Of a stretch of 64,000 nt of DNA, positions 39,140 through 51,460 are shown piece by piece. The stretch is taken from the NCBI RefSeq assembly GCF_004010195.1, contig NC_057718.1, positions 37,070,337 to 37,134,336 on the forward strand, given 5' to 3'. How positions within the stretch are numbered: position 1 is the stretch's first letter; each line of letters opens with the position of its first letter. This DNA is from Chiloscyllium plagiosum (Eukaryota). Below the pieces are notes generated by a model. That model ran no database searches. It was not told the DNA's origin and saw only the letters and a program-made list of their open reading frames with translations. A program made the translations under genes and the position numbers.

Positions 39140-40859
39140 TTAGGAAAGTCTACCCAAGATGATTCCGAGGTGACACTTAGTCTCAATGAGGATTTACCAG
39201 ATATTTATAGGTTGTAAATACGTAGACAGCACATTGATTGAATTCACAAACGATCTATTTTAGACAAACAACACCTTGTTTTTTTTCACACATTACAGAA
39301 GTGGCAATGTGCCTATTACCTCCTGGTTTCACTATTCTCCAGCTTCCCACGTGCCATCCTCTCTCCTCTCTGATGCTGCACTCTCATCCTTAACTTAACC
39401 CCATTGCTTTGTTTATCTTGGTGTGGCACACGGGTCATTCTCACATTTCATTTCCAGGTAAGGCCTCAGGGTTAAGGCTGGTTCAGCCATGTTGTTTTTC
39501 TGCAGAAACTCTGTCAGCTACATTAGCATCTGAACGCGTTTCTGCAATTTAACCAATGTTCCTTTAAACTGACTACTTTCTTGAATAAGAATGAATGAAA
39601 ATGAAAACTCTACCTCATTCTAATCCCAGCTAGAGCTAATTGTGGATTTACAGGGGGTTAACTCATGTCAAACCTAAATTTCCCACCAACAGTGATCACC
39701 TTACATTTGCTTTCCAACAACACAACCTGGGCCCTTCCTTTAATTTTTAACAGCTATGTCATGCATGCCTGTTATCAGACAAATATTAGAACAGGTCAAC
39801 TGCCTTCACTTTACACTAAATAAAGACACAAACATATGAACATTTGGATTAGGAGCATGGGTAGGCCATTTGGCCCCTCTGTCATTTAATTAGATCCTGG
39901 TTGATCTGATTGTGACCTCAATTCTACAATCCTGCCCACCTCCAATAAACCTTTACTCCTTTGTTCAGCAAGAATCTATCTACCTTTGCCTTAAACGTTC
40001 AATTCTCTGACTCCACTACCCCTGGAGAAGAGAGTTCCATTCACTCAAGTCCTCTGCAAAAAAAAGAAAATCCTGTGATCTTTGACTTAAATAGGAGACT
40101 CCTTAAACAGTTCTATAATTCTAGTTTCTTCCACAAGAAGAAACAGCTTTTAAGTATCTACCCTGTGTCATCCTCAAGATCTTATCTATTTCAATGTGAT
40201 CACTAAGATCACAGCCTTCAAACATATCAAACTTCATACTGTAAAAAGGTTAATAGGATGCTAGGATCTATAGTTAAGTCAATTAAATATAAACTCTCAA
40301 TGAAAACTTGTTTTGTGGTATGCTGTGTATGATCTCCATACAATGTATCTCGATTGACCTGTAATGAAGTGGGAATTGTTACTCTAGAAACACAAAATTC
40401 CAGCGTTGGCATGACAAAGCTGTACAATACTCACATCCATTATCTATCTGGCATAGTGGTTGGGATATTGCATGTGACAAATTTGATAAAGCCTCCCCCA
40501 TTTTGGCACATCAGGACATCTAGCGCTGATGACAATACTAAGTTGCTAATATGCTGAATGTTGTATATCATGTATTGGCATCATCTAAAATTTGCCACTC
40601 TCTAGAAATCTCTACTAACCTAAAAATATTCTATGTCCCATCACCCTCTTGCCTCCTTTCCAGAAGGAAACTAATTAGCATATTTCCCCTTGAAAATAGG
40701 ATCTTTTATTTACTTGATCCATCTCTGAACCGGAGATTGACTTATTTGGCTTATTCAATTAGCAATACCTTGGAAGATTCTAGTGCTATGGAATCATGAT
40801 CCACAGCTCTTGTGATACAAGTATAGGCAGTTTGGCCTCCAAGAAACATCATAATTGTA

Positions 40860-41146
40860 AGTCAACTTCCTTTGTGATTGAACACCACTTAGTAGAAGCA
40901 CTGAATGTAGCAAGGGCACGAAATGCACTCTAGGGGGGAGTTCAATGTCCAGAACGAAGAGTAACTCAGCAGGACCACTACTAACTGAGCTGGCCATGTC
41001 TTAAAGAACATTGAAGGGTCTGCAGCACATGGCGAAGGAAACAAAAAAAGGGGGAAAAATATATTTGGCTTCATCCTCACCAATTTTCCTGCACTGGTGT
41101 ATCTGTCCCTGACATTATCAGTAGAAGTGACCACCACGCAGTCCTT
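40860..41146 (+). mobile_element. Old LINE APE-endonuclease remnant
   Basis: GEFNV...RGKNIFGFILTN...ISRSDHHAV correspond to the GDFN, LDL and SDH motifs. Confidence 0.65.
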
Positions 41147-42389
41147 AGAGTCATAGAGATGCACAGCATGGAAAAAGACCCTTCAGTCCAACCTGCCCAT
41201 GCCGACTATATATCCCAACTCAATCTAGTCCCACCTGCCAACACCCACCCCCTTATCGCTTCAAACCCTTCCTATTCATATACCCATCCAGATGCCTTTT
41301 AAATGTTGCAATTGTACTAGCCTCCACCACTTCCGCTGGTAGTTTATTCCATACGTGTACCTCCCTCTGCATGAAAATGTTGCCCCTTAGGTCTCTTAAA
41401 TCTTTCCCCTCTCACCCTAAACCTATGCCCTCTAGTTCTGGACTCCCCAACCCCAGGGAAAAGATTTTGTCTATTTATCCTATCCATGCCAATCATGATT
41501 TTATAAGCCTCTATAAGCCTCTGATACTCAGGGAAAACAGCCCAAGCCTATTCAACCTCTCCATATAGCTCAAATGCTCCAACCCTGGCACCATCCTTGT
41601 AAATCGTTTCTGAACCCTTTCAAGTTTCACAACATCTTTCCAATAGGAAGGAGACCAGAATTGCACACAATATTCCAACAGTGGCCTAATCAATGTCCTG
41701 TACATCCACAACATGACCTCCCAACTCCTGTACTCAATACTCTGATCAATAAAGGAAAGCATACCAAACACCTTCTTCACTATCCTATCTACCTGCGACT
41801 CCACTTTCAAGGAGCTATGAATCTGTACTCCAAGGTCTCTTTGTTCAGCAACACTCCCTAGGACCTTACCATTAAGTGTATAAGTCCTGCTAAGATTTGC
41901 TTTCCCAAAATGCAGCACATCACATTTATCTAAATTGAACTCCATCTGCCACTTCTCAGCCCATTGGCCCATCTGATCAAGATTCCTTTGTACTCTGAGG
42001 TAACCTTCGCTGTCCACTACACCTCTAATTTTGGTGTAATCTGCAAACTTACTAACTTTATCCCTTATGCTCACATCCAAATCAATTATATAAATGATGA
42101 AAAGTAGTGGACAAAGCACTGATCCTTGTGGCACTCCACTGGTCACAGGACTCCAGTCTGAAAAGACTGATATTTTTCCACTTTTTTTTTGTTTCCTTCA
42201 CCATGTGCTGCAGACCCTTCAATGTTCTTTAAGACATGGAGTCCAGTCCACTCCACTCCTCCACCACCACCCTCTGTTTTCTACTTTTGAGCCAGTTCTG
42301 TATTCAAATGGCTAGTTCTCCCTGTATTCCATGAGATCTAACCTTGCTAACCAGTCTCTCATGGGGAACCTTGTCGAACGCCTTGCTGA
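41147..42389 (-). mobile_element. CR1 LINE family A, 3' half
   Basis: ORF 41511-42146 (TSGVPQGSVL, SKFADYTK, RPLLEYCVQFWSP) plus a complete 3' UTR. Confidence 0.96.
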
Positions 42390-42390
42390 C

Positions 42391-45300
42391 ATGACTGCCA
42401 AGCTGAATCACTGTGCTGCATGGTGTGGGAGGTCAGGGACACTGATGGTGTCTCTGGCTCCTACAGCTGTGGAAAGTGTATACACATTCAGCTTCTGAAG
42501 GAGCATGTTGCAGCACTGAAGAAAGAACTAGATGACCTCGGGCTCATCCGAGAGAATGAGAATTTTCTGGGACAGGACCTTCAGCAAGATCAGAAGAGAG
42601 AAGGGAGATGACGATAAGGAAGGAAGTGATGATTCAAGTACAAGAGACCACGGGGAAAGAACCTCTCGTGAACAGGTTGAATCTCTTGGAAACTGTTGAG
42701 ACAGGCAGCACTGCCAGTCCGAGAGGCGGACAGGTCTGCCAATCGAAAATTGGCATGGAGGCAGAGCCAAGGAGGCAGACATCATGCAGAGCCATGGTAG
42801 TAGGGGACTCAATAATGAGAGGGACTGAAAGGGGCTTCTGCGGCAACAGGCAGGATTTGAGGATGCTGTGTTGCCAGGATCCAGGACGTCACCGACAGAG
42901 TGCAGGGAATCTTCAAGGGCGAAGGTGAAGAGCCAGAGGTGGTGCTGCATGTTGGCACAAATGACATCAGGAAGAAGAGGAGGGACAATCTACAGCAGGA
43001 CTTCTGAGAACTCGGACGAAGGCTGAGAAGCAGGACTTCCAGGGTGGTTATCTCTGGTTTGCTTCCAGTTCCTCGGGCTGGAGAGGGCAGGAACAGGGAG
43101 ATAATGGACTTGAATGTGTGGCTGAGGAACTGGTGCAGGAATCAAGGATTTAAATTCTTGGATCACTGGGGTATGTTTTGCAGTAAGGATAAATTATACA
43201 AGAGGGACGGGTGCACCTGAATAGGATGAGGACTAGCATTCCAGCAGGCAGGTTTGCCACTGCAAAGCAGGTGTCTTTAAACTATGAAATGGGAGGGGGG
43301 GGGGGGAGGGGACAAACTGGAAATTTAAGAAGGAAGTGAAAGGGAAAGTGAGAAGTTAAGAAAGACAACAGAATCAATGGAGCAGAAAACTTAAGAAGGT
43401 ATCATACAATATGGTCAAGTGAAATAGGGATGGAGATGAAGGGTGAGGGGAGTAACAAATTAAGAATATTTTATATGAATGCACGAAGCATAAGAATTAA
43501 GGTGGATGAGCTTGAGGCTCAGTTGGAAATTCGCAGGTACGATGTTATGGGGATAACTGAGACGTGGCTTCAAGTGGACAGGGCCTGGGAAATGAATATT
43601 CAAGGCTATACGTGCTATCGAGAGGACAGACTGACTGGCAGAGGGGGTGGTGTTGCCCTCTTGGTGAGGAATGATATTCAGTCCCTAGCGAGGGGGAACA
43701 TAGAATCAGGAAATGTAGAGTCAATATGGATAGAGCTGAGAAGTTCTAAGGGTACAAAGACCCTAATGGGAGTTATCCAAAGGTCCCCAAACAGTAGTCT
43801 GGATGTTGGGTGTAAGTTGAATAAGGAGTTGAAATTAGCCTGTTGTAAAGGTATTACTGCAGTTGTTATGGGGGATTTCAACATGCAGGTAGACTGGGAG
43901 AATCAGGATGGTACTGGACCCCAAGAAAGGGCATTCATGGAGTGCTTCTGAGATGGATTCTTAGAACAGCTTGTAATGGAGCCTACCAGGGAGAAGGCAA
44001 TTCTGGATCTGGTGTGCAACGAACCAGATTTGATCAGGGACCTCGAAGTAAAGGAGCCATTAGGAGGTAGTGACCATAATATGATAAGTTTTTTAATCTG
44101 CAGTTCGAGAGGGAGAAAGGAGAATCGGGAGTGTCAGTATTGCAGTTGAACAAAGGGAACTATGGAGCTATGAGGGAGGAGCTGGCCAAAGTTCAATGGT
44201 GCAATACCCTGGCAGGGGATGGCAGTGGAACAACAGTGGCGGGTATTTCTGGGTATAATGCAGAAGGTAAAGGATCGGTTCATTCCAAAGAGGAAGAAAG
44301 ATCCTAAGGGGAGGCAGGGGCACAAAGATGAGCGGGAAGCTGGAGGACTGGGAAACTTTTAAAGAGCAACAATGGATTACTAAAAAGGCAATACACAGAG
44401 AAAAAAATGAGGTATGAAGGCAAACTGGCAAAAAATATAAAGGAGGATAGTAAAAGCTTTTTTAGGTATGTGAAAAGAAAAACAACGGTTAAAACTGAAA
44501 TTGGGCCCTTGAAGACAGAAATGGGTGAATTTATTATGGGGAACAAGGAAATGGCAAAGAAGTACTTGGGATCTGTCTTCACTGGGGAAGACACAAGCAG
44601 TCTCCCAGATGTAATAGTGGCTGAAGGACCTAGGGTAATGGATGAACTGAAGGGAATTTATATTAGGCAGGAAATGGTTTTGGATAGACTGTTAGGTCTG
44701 AAAGCTGGTAAGTCCCCGGGACCTGATGGTCTACATCCCAGAGTACTTAAGGAGTTGGCTGTAGAAATCATGGACACATTGGTAATCATTTTTCAATGTT
44801 CTATCAATTCAGGATCAGTTCCTGCGGATTGGAGGGTGGCTAATGTTGTCCCACTTTTCAAGACTGGAGGGAGAGAGAAAACAGGGAACTATAGACCGGT
44901 TAGCCTGACGTCCGTGGTGGGAAAGATGCTGGAGTCAATTATAAAAGATGAAATTACAACTCATTTGGATAGCAGTAACAGGATAGGTCAAAGTCAGCAT
45001 GGATTTACAAAGAGGAAATTGTGCTTGACTAATCTTCTGGAATTTTTTGAGGATGTAACTATGAAGATGGACAAGGGAGAGCCAGTGGATGTAGTGTATC
45101 TGGAATTTCAGAAAACTTTTGGTAAGGTCCCACATAGGAGGTTAGTGAGCAAAATTAGGGCACATGGTATTGGGGTCAAGGTACTGACTTGGATTGAAAA
45201 TTGGCTGGCTGACAGGAAGCAAAGAGTAGTGATAAACGGGTCCCTGTCGGAATGGCAGGCGGTGACCAGTGGGGTACCACAAGGTTCGGTGCTAGGACTG

Positions 45301-45752
45301 CAGCTTTTTACAATATACAACAATAATATAGATGAAGGCATTAAAAGTAATATTAGTAAATTTTCTGATGACACAAAGCTGGGTGGCAGGGTGAAATGTG
45401 AGGAGGATGTTAGGAGAATACGGGGTGACTTGGACAGGCTAGGTGAGTGGATGGATGCATGGCAGATGCAGTTTAATGTTGATAAATGTGTGGTTATCCA
45501 CTTTGGTGGCAAGAACAGGAAGGCAAACTACTACCTAAATAGAGTCAAGTTAGGTAAAAGGGAAGTACAACAAGATCTAGGTGTTCTTGTACATCAGTCA
45601 ATGAAAGCAAGCATGCAGGTACAGCAGGTAGTGAAGAAAGCTAATGGCATGCTGGCCTTCATGACAAGAGAAATTGAGTATATGAGCAAAGAGGTCCTTC
45701 TGCAGTTGTGCAGGGTCCTGGTGAGATCGCACCTGGAATATTGTGTGCAGTA
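42391..45752 (+). mobile_element. CR1 LINE family B, near full length but lacking its 3' end: ORF1 (Zn finger, coiled coil, SGNH esterase) and ORF2 (APE, RT)
   Basis: ORF1: YSCGKC, VVGDSIMRG, VVLHVGTND. Endonuclease: YMNARSI, GITETWL, GGGVAL, MGDFN, SDH. RT: KSPGPDGLHP, NYRPVSLTS, GVPQGSVLG, KFSDDTK. Contains stops and frameshifts. Confidence 0.96.
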
Positions 45753-46620
45753 TCCATTTTTATGCATTTCAAGACATCCAGCACTTTCTCCTCTGTAATA
45801 TGGACAATTTTCAAGATGTCACCATCTATTTCCCTACATTCTATATCTTGCACAGTAAATACTGATGCAAATACTCATTTAGTATCTCCCCCATCTCCTG
45901 TGGCTCCGCACAAAGGCCGCCTTGCTGATCTTTGAGGGGCCCTATTCTCTCCCTAGTTACCCATTTCTCCTTAATGTATTTGTAAAAACCCTTTGCACTC
46001 TCTTTAATTCCTATTTGCCAAAGCTTTCTCATGTCCCCTTTTTGCCCTCCTGATTTCCCTAAGTATACTCGTACTGCCTTTATACTCTTCTAAGGATTCC
46101 CTCGATCTATGCTGTCTATACCTGTCATATATTTCCATCTTTTTCTTAACCAAACCCTCAATTTCTTTAGTCATCCAGCATTCCCTACACCTACCACCTT
46201 TCCTTTCATCCTAACGGGAATATGCTGCCTCTGGACTCTTACTATCTCATTTCTGAATGCTTCCCATTTTCCAGCCGTCCCTTTACCTGTGAACATCTGC
46301 CCCAAATCAGCTTTTGAAAGTTCTTGCCCAATACCGTCAAAATTGGCCTTTCTCCAATTTAGAACTTCAATTTAGATCTGGTCTATCCTTTTCCATCACG
46401 ATTTTACAACTAATAGATTTATGGTCGTTGGCCCCAAAGTGCTCCCCCACTGACACCTCAGTCACCTGCCCTTATTTCCCAAAAGTGCGTCAGGTTTTGT
46501 ACCTTCTCTAGTAGGTACATCCACATATTGAATCAGAAAATTTACTTGTACATACTTAACAAATTCCTCTCCATCTAAACCTTTAACACTATGGCAGTCC
46601 CAGTCTATGTTTGGAAAATT
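45753..46620 (-). mobile_element. CR1 LINE family A, endonuclease-RT linker region
   Basis: GFYKYIKEK.VTRERIGPLKDQQG...EMGEILNEY and HITEEKVLDVLKCIKMD. Colinear with the 56591 copy. Confidence 0.9.
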
Positions 46621-46809
46621 CTATCTTCACATTGAGAATACCTTTACATTAAATTGTGTGGTGCTAGTGGTACAAATGTTTAACAGTAAAATAAAACAAA
46701 AAATTGCAGATAATGGAGATCTGAAATAAAAACAGAAATTGTTTTTTTAAAACTCAGCGGGAAGCAGCTGAAGGAAGAAAGCAGCGTTAACATTTCGGGT
46801 CCAGTGATG

Positions 46810-49170
46810 ACAAGTCCCTGCAACATTTGATTCCCTTGCTGATCAAGAATCTATCAAACTGAGCCTTAAAAATACACACAGACTCTGTCCCCAGCGCTCT
46901 CTGTGGCAAATACTTTCAAAAACTCTCAACAGTCTGTGAGAAGAAACTCCTCATCTCAGTCTTAAATTAGCACCCCTTTATTGTGAGACTATAGCCTCTG
47001 GTCCTCGGCTCTCCCAGGAAGAGAAACATCCTCCTAGCACGTCAGTGCCCTTAAGAATCATAGAAGTTTCAATGAGATCAGAAGAGAATCAGATAAAGGA
47101 GCAGAATTAGGCCATTTGGCTCATCGGTTCTACATCACCATCCAATCATGGCTGTTCGGTTTCTCAAACATATCACCTCCTATTCTTATAAACCCCAGTG
47201 AGAAGAGTGCTAACTTGTTTAACCTTTGCTCATAAATCAGTCCCCCCCATACTAGAGATCATCCAAGTGAACCTTCTCTGAACTGTCTCCAATGAAATGT
47301 TACCTTTCCTTAAATAAGGTGACCTAAACTGTTTGCAATACTCCAGATATGGTCTCACCAGTACTTTGTAGACCTGCAGTAAGACTTCCCTACTCTTAAG
47401 CTCCAACCCTCCTGAAATGAAGGCCAACATTCTGTTAGCCTTCCTGATTACCTGCTGGCTAATCTGTGTACTTGCTTTCTGTGTTTCTCGCACAAGTACC
47501 CACGAGTTCCTCACAAAAACAGAAACTGCTAGAAAAGCTCAGCAGGTGAATGTTTCAGAATGAAGAGAAAACAGAGTGAATGTTTCAGGTCCAGTGACCC
47601 TTCCTCAAAACGCTCTTCACAGATGCTGCCAGACCTGCTGATCTTTATCAGCAGAATCGATTTTTGTATCTGTTTTACAGCAGATGCAGTTCTTTCAGCT
47701 TTTATTTACCTCCAAGTCCCTGCTTTCTGCAGTTTTATTCCATGTAAATAATATTGTTATTCTGGATGTAGGTTTGCTCGCTAAGCTGGAAGGTTCATTT
47801 TCAGACGTTTCATCATCATGCGAGGTAACATCTTCAGCGAGCCTCCGGACGAAGCACTGATGATTCCTGCTTTCTATTTATATGTTTGGTATACAGTAAG
47901 GCAGAGACCCAAAAAATAGCTCTGCCAACCATCCAACCCAAACTTTGGGTCCGCTATGTGGATAACACCTTTGTCATCACTAAACAAAACAAATTAGAGG
48001 AAACCTTCAAGATCATCAATAATACCCTTACTGGCATAAAATTCACTAAAGAGGAGGAAAACAACAGCAAACTGCCATTCCTAGATGTCACAGTAGAGTG
48101 AACAGCCAATGGGGAACTTCAAACCAGCGTCTACAGGAAAACAACAAATACGGAACAATATTGAACTACAGAAGCAATCATCCCAACACCCACAAACGAA
48201 GCTGCATCAGAACATTAATCCAATGAGCCACCACACATTGCAACACAAAGGAACTACGCAGAGCAGAGGAAAGTCATCTATACAGTGTATTCAAAAAGAA
48301 CGGGTACCCAGTGAACAGAGTCTGCAGACTTCCCAGCAACAAACCCAAACAAACAGATAAAACACGTCCAGAAACCCTAGCCACTCTCCCTTATATCAAA
48401 GACATCTCGGAAATGACTGCCAGGCTACTCAGACCCCTTGCCTTCATGGTAGCCCACTAACTCACCAACACACTAAAACAACAGTTAAGGAACTTGAAAG
48501 ACCCTATACAGACATCAAGCAAATCTGATGTCATTTACAAAGTACCATGCAACGACTGTACCAAAAACTACATTGGACAAACAGGCAGAAAACTAGCCAC
48601 TAGAATACATGAACATCAATTAGCCACAAAACGGCATGACCCTCTCTCACTAGTATCCTTACATACAGATGAGGAAGGACACCATTTCAACTGAGACAAC
48701 ACATGCATCCTAGGACAAGCCAAACAGAGACACGCACAAGAATTCCTAGAAGCATGGCATTCCAACCGGAACTCTATCAACAAATGCATTCACTTGGACC
48801 CAATTTACCATCCCTTGAGAAAAAGAACAGGAAATGACATCACCACCCCAAAGAAATCCAATCATAGAAATAGAAAGCAGGAAACATTAGCATTTCATCT
48901 GGAGGCTCACTGAGGATGTTACCTAGTATGGTGACAAAATGTCTGAAAATGAACCTTCCAGCTCAGCGAACAAACCTACATCCAAAACCTCAACCTGAGC
49001 TACAAATCTTCTCAAAACTCGCAAATATTGTTATTTTGTTCCCCCAACATTTTGGGAGGGAGTTTTTGGCCACTTACTTAACCAATCAATATCTCTCTGT
49101 AAACTGTTTGATTCCTCTCACAACCTGCATTTCCCCATACTTTTGTGTCATTTGCAAATTCCTTCGTCTG
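46810..49170 (-). mobile_element. Older CR1 3' region with nested PLE insertions
   Basis: ORF 47230-47514 (KANRMLAFI, RPYLEYC, VQRRFT). It resumes after 49035 with 'tttgtgtcatttgcaaa' (FADDTK-like on the - strand). Confidence 0.75.
47762..49023 (+). mobile_element. Penelope-like element (Poseidon-type), 5'-truncated with an inverted 5' pseudo-LTR
   Basis: WVRYVDNTFVI, IKFTKEEE..KLPFLDV and the GIY-YIG motif VIYKVPCNDC..YIGQTGRKL.TRIHEH. About 47762-47885 is the inverted copy of about 48860-48984. 12-bp TSD aatattgttatt at 47750-47761 and 49024-49035. Confidence 0.94.
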
Positions 49171-49327
49171 GTCCCCACCAGTCATGGGTCACCAACCTGA
49201 AACAAAACCCCTTATCCCCACTTGTTATTTCCTGCCCATAAGCCAATTCTATATCCATGCCAACACTGAGGGCTCTTATGAACATTAATAACCCCGAAAT
49301 CCATCTGAAGCTTCTCTTCATTCTGGC

Positions 49328-49540
49328 CTTCAATCTGTCAAAGGCAGAGGTGGTTAAAGCAAAGCCTGTGTTGTCCAGTTTGAAAATTATTTTAAAAGTA
49401 ATAGTCATGGTTAATATGTCAGCATATTGACTTTTGAACAGAACTATGGTTATACCTGTACAACAGTCTTTGTGATTATTTCTCATGCTTAAGGAATATG
49501 TATTTAAACTTTCCTTTCAACAGCTTTCATCGATAACTGT
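49328..49540. repeat. Diverged direct repeat, copy 1 (partner at 51234-51460)
   Basis: Aligns by eye over about 210 bp, e.g. gcagag(g/a)tggttaaagcaaag(c/t)ctgtgttg and aaggaatatgtattt...taaactttcctttca. Confidence 0.85.
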
Positions 49541-50020
49541 GTGTAGTCGTATTCTGGTTTTCCTTGAAGTAGTGTTCTGCATTAACCTCTATACTTTTAC
49601 AAGGTGGCCTCTTGGGTATCTCCTTTCAAAGCTAAAGAGTTCCAGTTTTTCAAGACTTTCCTCATAACACAACCTTTGCCACGGTTACAATTTGGGTTTA
49701 GTTTTAGTAGAAGATACATTTAAACGAGGTGAAAAACAGGTGCCTGATCGAATCCTACAGTTTTCCACTTAGCAGGTTAGGTTAAAATTACTGCCAAATA
49801 TCTGACGTTTAAACTAAATTATAGTTTAGTCAAATTCCATATCTATTTCAGTCGGTTAGAAATAACTTATATATTAAATTACTTCAGAAATATAGGTATT
49901 TGTACTGCAGTCTAATTATCTACCCAAATAATTCGTACAAAAAGATGAGATTGAGCAGAAAATGAGGCAACTGGTGAAATCAAGAGGTTATCAATGTTAG
50001 AATCAATGTTAAAAATACAA

Positions 50021-50820
50021 CACTGGGTCCTCTACTTTTTGTCATTTACATAAATGATTTGGATGCGAGCATAAGAAGTACAGTTAGTAAGTTTGCAGAT
50101 GACGCCAAAATTGGAGGTGTAGTGGACAGCGAAGAGGGTTACCTCAGATTACAACAGGATCTTGATCAGATGGGCCAATGGGCTGAGAAGTGGCAGATGG
50201 AGTTTAATTCAGATAAATGCGAGGTGCTGAATTTTGGGAAAGCAAATCTGAGCAGGACTTATACACTTAATGGTAAGGTTCTAGGGAGTGTTGCTGAACA
50301 AAGAGACCTTGGAATACAGATTCATAGCTCCTTGAAAGTGGAGTCGCAGGTAGATAGGATAGTGAAGAAGGCGTTTGCTATGCTTTCCTTTATTGGTCAG
50401 AGTATTGAGTACAGGAGTTGGGAGGTCATGTTGCGGCTATACAGGACATTGGTTAGGCCACATTTGGAATATTGCATGCAATTCTGGTCTCCTTCCTATC
50501 GGAAAGATGTTGTGAAACTTGAAAGGGCTCAGAAAAGATTTACAAGGATGTTGCCAGGGTTGGAGCATTTGAGCTATAGGGAGAGGCTGAACAGGCTGGG
50601 GCTGTTTTTTTTCTGGAGCACCAAAGGCTGAGGGGTGACCGTATAGAGGTTTACAAAATTATGAGGGGCATGGATAGGATAAATAGGCAAAGTCTTGGAT
50701 ATGGGCTGGGTGCTGGCAGGTGGGACTAGATTGGGTTGGGATATCTGGTCGGCATGGACAGGTTGGACCGAAGGGTCTGTTTCCATGCTGTACATCTCTA
50801 TGACTCTTTGACTCTATGAC
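50021..50820 (+). mobile_element. CR1 LINE family A, 5'-truncated, with an internal deletion near the 3' end
   Basis: ORF 50059-50631 (SKFADDAK...RPHLEYCMQFWSP) and a (ctatgact)n tail. Confidence 0.96.
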
Positions 50821-50879
50821 AACACCAGGTTTAATTGGAAGCACTAGCTTTCGGAGCGCCGCTCCTTCATCAGGTGGTT
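50821..50879 (-). ncRNA. Minimal type I hammerhead ribozyme motif in a PLE-derived fragment (predicted)
   Basis: Minus strand reads cac-CUGAUGA-a-ggagc(ggc)gcucc-GAAA-g-CUA-gug at 50842-50876: intact core, 5-bp stem II, 3-bp stem I and a palindromic AGCU stem III. Confidence 0.6.
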
Positions 50880-51233
50880 ATCGACAACCTTTTCACTTAT
50901 GTAAGCTCCTTTAGCATTGTAAAACGTGTCTTGGAAATGTACTAAGAAAAAACATAAAAAGATGCAGATTTTGAGCCAGTGTGAGAACAAAGAGAAGTGA
51001 AGGCTTATCAGGTTTTAATGGAAAGATTTTAAAGGTTAAATCAGAAAGAAGGCTCAGGGAGATTTGAGGAGACTGGGATCAAGGCAAGCAGAGGCTTTGA
51101 TGCCCATGTGAGACTGCAGGATGGATCCACTTATGTTATTTTTGAATGCATTATTGGCTATGTGGAATTGAAGTATTTGTTTGCTATAAGCACTGTGTCA
51201 CTTGTTTGAACTCATTGATATTCATAAAGACAT

Positions 51234-51460
51234 CTCAATCTATCAAAAGCAGAGATGGTTAAAGCAAAGTCTGTGTTGCTCAGTTTGAACATCCTTTTAA
51301 AGTTAACAGTCATGGCTAATACTTCAGCTCATTGACTTGAATACAGCTCTGCTCTATTATCTCTGCAATAGTCCTCATGACGATTTCTCTTGCTGAAGGA
51401 ATATGTATTTGACACAGCTCTAAACTTTCCTTTCAGCAACGTTCATCTATGACTATGTAA
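51234..51460. repeat. Diverged direct repeat, copy 2 (partner at 49328-49540)
   Basis: See copy 1. Confidence 0.85.

Noticed and set aside
44407..45798. 463-aa ORF as a functional host gene or active RT
   Set aside because: It is CR1 ORF2 with upstream stops and frameshifts and no 3' end. Its C-terminus is read-through into another element.
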